From contig NC_014034.1 of assembly GCF_000021865.1 (NCBI RefSeq), forward strand, positions 2,760,001 to 2,792,000: a stretch of DNA of 32,000 bases, read 5' to 3'. Below are positions 24,988 to 32,000 of the stretch, piece by piece. Made by a program: the position numbers and the translations under genes. The stretch is from Rhodobacter capsulatus SB 1003. GTDB taxonomy: Bacteria > Pseudomonadota > Alphaproteobacteria > Rhodobacterales > Rhodobacteraceae. Each line of letters opens with the position of its first letter. Position 1 is the stretch's first letter. The notes beneath the pieces are model-generated. The model ran no database searches, was not told where the DNA came from, and saw only the letters and a program-made list of their open reading frames with translations.

Positions 24988-26343
24988 TCAGCGCGCCGCG
25001 ATCAGCGAGGGCTCGCGCCGGCCGGCGCAGGCCAGCCGCGGGCAGACCCGGCAGGAGGTGCCGACCGGCCGGGCGGTCTCGAGGCGGCTGGTGGCGGGGG
25101 TGACCAGCATCATCGCCTCCATCAGCACCGGGGCGTCGAAACTGGCCGCGGCGCCCTCGGGCGGGCGGGGGGCGGCGAAGGCCCAGGACTGGAAGCGCTG
25201 CGGCAACCGCCCGGCCATGTCGAGCGTCAGCCGCAAGGGCTGCATCGGCCGCGAGAGCGCCTCGTAAAGCGGCCAGAGCGGGCAGCCCGCGGCCGAGCGC
25301 GGCAGGGCAAAACCGGGCAGCGGGCGGCGCAGGGTCAGCGTGCCCGAGCCGTCGCAGACGACAAGGCCAAGCGGCGGCAGGTTCGCCGCGCCCTCGGGCA
25401 GGGTGGCCAGACGGCGGAAGACCGCGGCCATCGGCGCGCCGAACCGCGCCGCCAGCCGCGCCGGGTCCAGCCCGGTCTCGCTCAGCGCGGCCAGAAACGG
25501 CTTGAGCGGCAGGATGCGGCTGTCGGCCAGCGCACGGGTCAGATAGGAAAGCGCCAGATCGCGCGCCGCCGAGGCGGCGAGTTCCGGGGCCTGGGCGATC
25601 AGCTCGGCCGGGTCGGGCGGATCGGGACGCTCGAAATCGGGCAGATGCCAGCCGCGCGCCGAAAGCCAGGCTTCGAGCTGGTCGAGCGGCGCGGCCAGCC
25701 CCGAATCCGTCGCCTCGATACTGTCAAGATAGGCCACCAGCCCCTCGGCCGCCGCGCTCAGCCGCAGGCTTTCCGAGGCGATCGAGGACAGGAACCGCGC
25801 CTGCCATTCCGGTTCGATATCCGGGGTTTCGACCAGAATCGCCGCGCCCGAGCGCAGCGAGGTCACCGCCGAAAGCACCTCGTGCAATTCGTCAAGCAGA
25901 TAAGGATCCTGCCCCATCCGTTCGGAATAGGTCTCCACCACCCGCTCCAGCGCCGCGAGGCGGGACTGGCGGGCGGCCAGAACCTTCGCCCAGCCGGGAA
26001 AGCGGCCGACGAATTCCTCGATCCGTTCCAGCTCGGAGGGGTCGATCAGCGCGCCGACGGCATCGCCCGTGCCCGTCCCCGCGCCACCGGCCACCCCGGC
26101 CGCAGCCTCGCGCAGGGCTTCGAAAAGCGCGCTTTCGGCGCCTTCGGACAGCGCCACCGGCGCGACGCCCAGCGCCTTGGCAAAAGTGTCGAGCAGCGGC
26201 TCGGAAACCCGGCGCCGGTTGTGTTCGATCAGGTTGAGATAGGCGGCCGAAATGCCGACCGCGCGGGCCAGATCGGCCTGCCGCAGTTTCAGCGTCAGCC
26301 GCCGTTCCCGTATCCGCGTCCCCGTCAGGGCAGACCGTGCCAT
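24988..26343 (-). CDS. XRE-family HTH regulator of the ScfR/RamB/PrpR-like type (HTH plus ImmA/IrrE-like plus DUF2083-like C-terminus, 451 aa)
   Basis: The N-terminal HTH is LRQADLARAVGISAAYLNLIEHNRRRVS. It has a long middle region and a Cys-containing C-terminus (CDGSG..., CPLW..., CRVCPRLACAGR), as in short-chain acyl-CoA-responsive regulators. Confidence 0.7.
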   Translation of the reverse strand: MARSALTGTRIRERRLTLKLRQADLARAVGISAAYLNLIEHNRRRVSEPLLDTFAKALGVAPVALSEGAESALFEALREAAAGVAGGAGTGTGDAVGALIDPSELERIEEFVGRFPGWAKVLAARQSRLAALERVVETYSERMGQDPYLLDELHEVLSAVTSLRSGAAILVETPDIEPEWQARFLSSIASESLRLSAAAEGLVAYLDSIEATDSGLAAPLDQLEAWLSARGWHLPDFERPDPPDPAELIAQAPELAASAARDLALSYLTRALADSRILPLKPFLAALSETGLDPARLAARFGAPMAAVFRRLATLPEGAANLPPLGLVVCDGSGTLTLRRPLPGFALPRSAAGCPLWPLYEALSRPMQPLRLTLDMAGRLPQRFQSWAFAAPRPPEGAAASFDAPVLMEAMMLVTPATSRLETARPVGTSCRVCPRLACAGRREPSLIAAR

Positions 26344-26390
26344 CGCTTCCCCGCTTGCCGACCGGCCCCAAGGGGCCCGTCACGCCGTCA

Positions 26391-26412
26391 CTTGCCGGAA
26401 CTTACCGGCAAG
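26391..26412. promoter_or_regulatory. Perfect palindrome cttgccgg-aactta-ccggcaag in the leader/promoter region of the ScfR-like gene
   Basis: 8-bp perfect arms with a 6-nt spacer, 48-69 nt upstream of the ATG at 26343. On the minus strand it overlaps a possible TTGTAT-N16-TAAGTT promoter. A second palindrome, ggcccc-aa-ggggcc, is at 26363-26376. Confidence 0.45.
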
Positions 26413-26475
26413 CTTCGGAAATACAAAGCGATTCAACACGCCCCGGCCGGTTGCGCCGGGTTTTCGCGGCCGATG

Positions 26476-26543
26476 CCACGCGACACTGGGGGCCACGCGA
26501 CACTGGGGGCCACGCGACACCCGGGGCCACGCGATACCGGGGC
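26476..26543. repeat. Four tandem 17-bp repeats (ccacgcgacactggggg x2, ccacgcgacacccgggg, ccacgcgataccggggc)
   Basis: Head-to-tail units at 26476-26492, 26493-26509, 26510-26526 and 26527-26543. They are intergenic, between the lipoprotein stop (26574) and the ScfR-like start (26343). Confidence 0.9.
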
Positions 26544-26573
26544 GCCAGGGCGCGGCAGGGCCCCGCCCAGCGA

Positions 26574-26729
26574 TCAGCAGGGGTTTTGCACCGTCACGCT
26601 CGAGAGCGTCGACAGGTCGGACACGCCGCCTTCGCATTTTTCGGGCGCTTGCGTGCAGCCCGCAAGGGCGGCAAGCGCCACAGCGGCAACAAGGGCAAGC
26701 GACGCCTTGCGGGTGGATGTGCAGGTCAT
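26574..26729 (-). CDS. Small lipoprotein (51 aa), absent from the supplied ORF track
   Basis: Hand translation gives MTCTSTRKASLALVAAVALAALAGCTQAPEKCEGGVSDLSTLSSVTVQNPC. It has the lipobox LAGC, and SD GGAGGAGG lies 6 nt upstream of the ATG. Confidence 0.6.
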   Translation of the reverse strand: MTCTSTRKASLALVAAVALAALAGCTQAPEKCEGGVSDLSTLSSVTVQNPC

Positions 26730-26837
26730 GTGCGGCCTCCTCCAGAACGCGGTCGCCGCGGGTTGGCCCGGGCGATGTGAACTACATGGTTCACAGCATG
26801 CGCCGCCGCCCCGATCCCTGTCAAGCGGCCTGAAGAT

Positions 26838-27293
26838 TCAGTCGAAACTGCGGAACCGCGCGCCATAGGTGACGGCTTTCTGCGAACACAGATCCATCGC
26901 ATATTGCAGCCAGACCGAGGCTTTCTGCCCGGAGCCCTGCTTGTCGACCGAGAGTTTCGAACGCCCCTGCGCGATCGCCGGGCCCATGTCGGCGTCGATG
27001 TCGCGCAGCCGCTTGACCCAGAACTGCGCCGCCTCCTCGAAATAGCTGCCCGGCGGCGCGCCGCTGGACACGATCGACTGCGCCACGGTCAGGCAATAGC
27101 CCGCCTCGACATCCTGGTTGGGGGTGTTGAACAGATGTCCCGAGGGCGCGGCGAACTGGCTTTTCCAGACCCCCCAGAACAGGCCCGCGACCAGCAGCAA
27201 AAGCGCGGGCCCGCCCCCCCAGACCAGAAGCGGGGACAGCTGCTCCTCCGGGTTGACGCGCGGTTTCGATTTCTTGCTGGCAGTCGTGGGCAT
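26838..27293 (-). CDS. Membrane-anchored hypothetical protein (151 aa)
   Basis: SD GGAGG precedes the ATG at 27293. It has a basic N-terminus, one TM helix (LLVWGGGPALLLLVAGLFWGVW) and a soluble domain with no recognised family. Confidence 0.55.
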   Translation of the reverse strand: MPTTASKKSKPRVNPEEQLSPLLVWGGGPALLLLVAGLFWGVWKSQFAAPSGHLFNTPNQDVEAGYCLTVAQSIVSSGAPPGSYFEEAAQFWVKRLRDIDADMGPAIAQGRSKLSVDKQGSGQKASVWLQYAMDLCSQKAVTYGARFRSFD

Positions 27294-27356
27294 GGCATCC
27301 TCCGCCCCCAGAATGGCGCAGAATGGTTGAGAATCTGCCAACGGCGCACAGGAATG

Positions 27357-27378
27357 CGGGGGCGGTCACCCGCCCCCG
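27357..27378 (-). terminator. GC-rich stem-loop downstream of the aminotransferase gene
   Basis: cgggggcgg-tcac-ccgcccccg, a 9-bp perfect stem 6 nt beyond the stop codon. The trailing U-tract is poor. Confidence 0.45.
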
Positions 27379-27384
27379 GCCCGC

Positions 27385-28710
<1,326 letters not shown>

Positions 28711-28773
28711 GGAAGTCTCCCTGAAGGGCCCGGCTTGGGCCAAATTTTGCGCCCGGATCTCGGGCCGGGTCGT

Positions 28774-28789
28774 TTGACCGAACGGTCAG
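28774..28789. promoter_or_regulatory. RutR-box-like palindrome TTGACCGAACGGTCAG in the divergent aminotransferase/rutR intergenic region
   Basis: It matches the E. coli RutR consensus TTGACCAnnTGGTCAA at 13 of 14 specified positions. The inner arms TGACCG/CGGTCA are perfectly inverted. Confidence 0.6.
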
Positions 28790-28853
28790 CATCAGGCTAA
28801 CATCGGCGCGGGCGGCGTCAAGCTTCCCGCGCCTGATGAAAGGACCCGACCGC

Positions 28854-29504
28854 ATGCCCTCCGATCCGATGTCCGCCGAACCGATGCCGCTCGAGCCCGC
28901 CGCGCGTCCGCTCACCCGCATCCAGAAGCGCAACATCGAGGCGATCCTTGAGGCGGCGCTGGAGGTGTTTTCGGCGCAGGGCTTCCGCGGCGCGACGCTG
29001 GATCAGATCGCCACCGCGGCGGGGCTGTCGAAGCCGAACCTGCTTTATTACTTCCCCTCCAAGGAGGCGATCCATCTGGAGCTGCTCAGCTCGCTGCTCG
29101 ATGACTGGCTGGCGCCGCTGCGCGAGATGCGCGCGACCGGCGAGCCGCGCGACGAGATTATGCGCTACATGCGCCGCAAGCTGGAGATGAGCCGGCAGAT
29201 GCCGCGCGAAAGCCGGCTTTTTGCCAATGAAATCCTGCAGGGCGCGCCGCGGATGGGGGGCACGCTGGCGGTCGATCTGAAGGCGCTCGTCGATGAAAAG
29301 GCGGAGATCATCCGGGGCTGGGCCGCGGCGGGCAAGATCGCCCCGGTCGATCCGCATCACCTGCTGTTCTCGATCTGGGCGCTGACGCAGCATTACGCCG
29401 ATTTCGACGTGCAGGTCCGCGCCGTGCTCGGCCCCGGTCACGATCCCTTTGCCGAGGCGGAGCCCTTCCTCGACACGCTCTTCGAGCGGCTGCTGCGGCC
29501 CTGA
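28854..29504 (+). CDS. rutR: TetR-family pyrimidine-utilisation regulator RutR (216 aa; the alternative start at 28836 gives 222 aa)
   Basis: Extended by-eye identity with E. coli RutR (GLSKPNLLYYFPSKEA, WLAPL, SRLFANE, DLKALVDEKAEII.GW...GKIAPVDP.HL.F.IWA.TQHYADF..QV.AV.G). Confidence 0.85.
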   Translation: MPSDPMSAEPMPLEPAARPLTRIQKRNIEAILEAALEVFSAQGFRGATLDQIATAAGLSKPNLLYYFPSKEAIHLELLSSLLDDWLAPLREMRATGEPRDEIMRYMRRKLEMSRQMPRESRLFANEILQGAPRMGGTLAVDLKALVDEKAEIIRGWAAAGKIAPVDPHHLLFSIWALTQHYADFDVQVRAVLGPGHDPFAEAEPFLDTLFERLLRP

Positions 29505-29615
29505 CCCCGATCGCGGCGTTAACCCTTTGGCGAAATGACGGGTTTTGGTAACTCTTGGGTAACTTGCCGGGCGCATCCTTGTCGACAGGGGTAAAACCGC
29601 GAGGAGAGTGGGGAA

Positions 29616-30170
29616 ATGGACCGCATATCGGGGCTGATGCCCCAAGTCGGATGGTCACCTTTGCTGAGCATGGTGCCACCAAAGAAAGCGCCGGCGACGA
29701 CTGTCGAACCGGCAAACACGTCGTCCGGCACGAATTCCGGCATGGGGGCCGAGGTCGGCACCCAGGCGCAACCCGAGCGGAGCGCGCAATTGCAGGCGCG
29801 CAACCGCGACGTGGCGGTCGAGACCGCCGTTCTGGCGCAAAGCCGCGCCGAAGCGGTGCCCGACCCGGATGCGCCGACCGGCCCGCCGCCGACCTTCGAC
29901 GTCACGCCGCTCGAAGCCAAGGCCGCCGCGCTGATGGCGGTGCCGCCACAGGAGGAGGCGCCCGCCGCGGCCAGTACCGCGCCGCGGGAGCCCGCGCAAC
30001 CGCCCGCGGAGCCCGCCGTTTCGGCCGAGCCGCAGGCGCCCGCCCCGGCCGAGGCCGCGCCGCGCGCCGAGACCGCGCCGGAGCCCGCGCCGCAACCTGT
30101 GCCGCAGCCCACGCCGGACTGGCAAGCCACTTCCGAGACGGCAGAACCGAGTCTCGACGTCGTGCGCTGA
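29616..30170 (+). CDS. Pro/Ala-rich low-complexity hypothetical protein (184 aa)
   Basis: SD gaggag lies upstream of the ATG, with GC3-rich codons. The composition is dominated by A/P/E. Overlapping ORFs in other frames are equally long, so the coding call is tentative. Confidence 0.4.
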   Translation: MDRISGLMPQVGWSPLLSMVPPKKAPATTVEPANTSSGTNSGMGAEVGTQAQPERSAQLQARNRDVAVETAVLAQSRAEAVPDPDAPTGPPPTFDVTPLEAKAAALMAVPPQEEAPAAASTAPREPAQPPAEPAVSAEPQAPAPAEAAPRAETAPEPAPQPVPQPTPDWQATSETAEPSLDVVR

Positions 30171-30466
30171 ACACGGCCGGGCTTGCGTCCCGGCCCTGCG
30201 CATCCTTCGCACGCCCGCGCCGCGCGGGCGGTGTTGCGGATCTTCGGCCGCACCGATGCCTTGCCGCCGTCCCTCCGGGTCGCGCGGCCGATGGCACAGG
30301 TGCGGCCCGTTTTCATCGCGAAATCCGCCCGCCCGGGACCCTCCGGAGCCTTTCCCCTGCGTCATCCGTTCACGCTTTCCTCGCCCGCGCGCCTCGCGTA
30401 TAAGCGGGGCACATGAACGCGCCCCATCGATGCCCCGGGGCCCCTGAAGAGTCTTCCGAGGACCGC

Positions 30467-30964
30467 ATGACCAAACAATCGCATGAAAACGACGTCGCCT
30501 TCATTCAGGCGCTGGCGGAGTTGCTGAACAAGAACGACCTGACCGAAATCGCGGTCGTGCGGGAATATGGCGAAGACGACAGTCTTGAAGTGCGCGTGGT
30601 GAAACAGGCGACCGTCGTTGCCGCGCCCGCCCCGGTCTATGCCGCCCCGGCGCTGGCAGCCCCCGTCGCGGCCGCGCCCGCCGCTGCCGCCGCCCCTGCC
30701 GCCGCGGCCGACGCCGATCCGGCGAACCACCCGGGCGCCGTCACCTCGCCGATGGTCGGCACCGCCTATCTGGCCCCCGAGCCGGGCGCCTCGGCCTTCG
30801 TCAAGGTCGGCGACACGGTCAAGGAAGGCCAGACGCTGCTGATCGTCGAGGCGATGAAGACGATGAACCACATTCCGGCGCCGAAATCGGGCACGGTGAA
30901 GCGCATTCTCGTCGACGACGGCTCGCCGGTCGAATACGGCGCGCCCCTGATGATCGTCGAGTGA
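30467..30964 (+). CDS. accB: Acetyl-CoA carboxylase biotin carboxyl carrier protein (165 aa)
   Basis: Ala/Pro linker, and a biotinyl-lysine motif EAMKTMN inside a lipoyl-like domain. SD gagga precedes the ATG at 30467. accC follows 7 nt later. Confidence 0.93.
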   Translation: MTKQSHENDVAFIQALAELLNKNDLTEIAVVREYGEDDSLEVRVVKQATVVAAPAPVYAAPALAAPVAAAPAAAAAPAAAADADPANHPGAVTSPMVGTAYLAPEPGASAFVKVGDTVKEGQTLLIVEAMKTMNHIPAPKSGTVKRILVDDGSPVEYGAPLMIVE

Positions 30965-30971
30965 GGTCGCA

Positions 30972-32000
30972 ATGTTCGACAAGATCCTGATCGCCAACCG
31001 GGGCGAGATCGCGCTGCGCGTGATCCGTGCCTGCCGCGAGATGGGGATCGCCTCGGTGGCGGTGCATTCCACCGCTGACGCCGACGCCATGCATGTGCGC
31101 ATGGCCGATGAAAGCGTCTGCATCGGGCCGAACCCCTCTTCGGAAAGCTACCTTTCCATTCCCGCGATCGTCGCCGCCTGCGAAATCACCGGCGCGCAGG
31201 CGATCCACCCGGGCTATGGCTTCCTGTCGGAAAACGCCACCTTCGTGCAGGTGCTCGAAGATCACGGCATCACCTTCATCGGCCCGAAGGCGGAACATAT
31301 CCGCATCATGGGCGACAAGATCACCGCCAAGGACACGGCGAAAAAGCTGGGAATTCCGGTGGTTCCGGGCTCTGACGGCGGTGTGCCCGACTTCGAGGCG
31401 GCGAAGAAGGCCGCCGCCGAGATGGGCTATCCCGTCATCATCAAGGCCACCGCGGGCGGCGGCGGGCGCGGCATGAAAGTGGCGCAATCGGAGGCGGAAC
31501 TCGAAATCGCCTTCCGCACCGCGCGCAGCGAGGCCAAGGCCGCCTTCGGCAATGACGAGGTCTATATGGAGAAATATCTCCAAAGGCCGCGTCACATCGA
31601 GGTGCAGATCTTCGGCGACGGCCGCGGCCGCGCCGTGCATCTGGGCGAGCGCGATTGCAGCTTGCAGCGCCGCCACCAGAAGGTGTTCGAAGAGGCCCCC
31701 GGCCCCTGCATCACCCCCGAACAGCGCGCCCGCATCGGCGGCATCTGCGCCAAGGCGATGGGCGAGCTGGGCTATTCCGGCGCGGGCACGATCGAATTCC
31801 TCTATGAAGACGGCGAATTCTACTTCATCGAGATGAACACCCGCCTGCAGGTGGAACATCCGGTGACCGAGGGCATCTTCGGCGTCGATCTCGTCCGCGA
31901 ACAGATCCGCGTCGCGGCGGGCGAAGAAATAGAATTCACGCAGGAAAACCTGCAGATCCGCGGCCATGCGATCGAGGTGCGGATCAATGCCGAACGGCTG
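30972..32000 (+). CDS. accC: Acetyl-CoA carboxylase biotin carboxylase subunit (partial, first 343 codons; runs off the window)
   Basis: [26 protein letters not shown]... is followed by the ATP-grasp motifs [17 protein letters not shown] and [14 protein letters not shown]. Confidence 0.95.
   Translation, partial: MFDKILIANRGEIALRVIRACREMGIASVAVHSTADADAMHVRMADESVCIGPNPSSESYLSIPAIVAACEITGAQAIHPGYGFLSENATFVQVLEDHGITFIGPKAEHIRIMGDKITAKDTAKKLGIPVVPGSDGGVPDFEAAKKAAAEMGYPVIIKATAGGGGRGMKVAQSEAELEIAFRTARSEAKAAFGNDEVYMEKYLQRPRHIEVQIFGDGRGRAVHLGERDCSLQRRHQKVFEEAPGPCITPEQRARIGGICAKAMGELGYSGAGTIEFLYEDGEFYFIEMNTRLQVEHPVTEGIFGVDLVREQIRVAAGEEIEFTQENLQIRGHAIEVRINAERL

Noticed and set aside
26476-26543. Possible CRISPR array
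   Set aside because: The 17-bp units are directly abutting, with no spacers. The units are far shorter than CRISPR repeats, and no cas genes are present. It is a tandem repeat.
24095-26868. Plus-strand ORFs of 390 aa (24095..25267) and 651 aa (24913..26868)
   Set aside because: They are antisense to the response regulator and the ScfR-like regulator, with Arg/Gln/Gly/Pro-rich composition and no SD.
29511-29560. CtrA-box or ECF-type promoter (ttaaccctttgg; ggtaact x2) upstream of the Pro/Ala-rich ORF
   Set aside because: Only half-site-level matches are present. There is no full TTAA-N7-TTAA or GGAAC-N16-CGTT arrangement.
29519-30403. 265-aa and 236-aa minus-strand ORFs and a 282-aa plus-strand ORF overlapping the 29616..30170 region
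   Set aside because: They are low-complexity Gly/Arg/Ala products with no SD. They overlap each other and the slightly better-supported plus-strand frame, so they are treated as GC artefacts.

Overview
High-GC chromosomal segment with alphaproteobacterial, Rhodobacterales-like gene content (GapR/UPF0335, strong GC3 bias). I found no rRNA, CRISPR array, transposase or recognisable canonical defence gene.

**Integrated element (1..4904).** This is the integrase-proximal end of an element inserted at the 3' end of tRNA-Asn(GTT). It holds a tyrosine integrase, a BRO-N/KilAC antirepressor-like gene and a tightly coupled four-gene module of unknown function. It also has an iteron-like repeat array, cut by the window start, and a 389-bp non-coding region with a roughly 25-bp long-range inverted repeat. 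The left boundary lies outside the window.

**Core-like region (4905..32000).** In order:
- fbpA-fbpB (no ATPase gene nearby), an MBL-fold hydrolase and an EnvZ-like histidine kinase.
- lon, an atypical HU-like gene, tRNA-Val, a type-II NADH dehydrogenase fused to a cNMP-binding domain, and tRNA-Thr.
- A conserved hypothetical, gapR and a small membrane protein.
- A seven-gene co-directional minus-strand run: an ScfR/RamB-like XRE regulator, a REC-only response regulator, a mini membrane protein, an SSF-transporter-fused histidine kinase, an orphan FliM/SpoA-like protein with a GLGG-repeat tail, a DksA/TraR variant and a degenerate FadB/FadJ-like protein.
- A small lipoprotein missing from the ORF track, and a membrane-anchored hypothetical.
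- A beta-alanine:pyruvate-type aminotransferase divergent from rutR, with a RutR-box-like palindrome between them.
- A Pro/Ala-rich ORF, accB and a partial accC.

**Best candidates for something undescribed.**
1. The repeat array, the structured non-coding region and the unknown-function module of the tRNA-Asn element.
2. The SSF-kinase / CheY-like receiver / FliM-like cluster.

Many long ORFs in the supplied track are antisense or off-frame artefacts of the high GC content; they are listed under rejected items.
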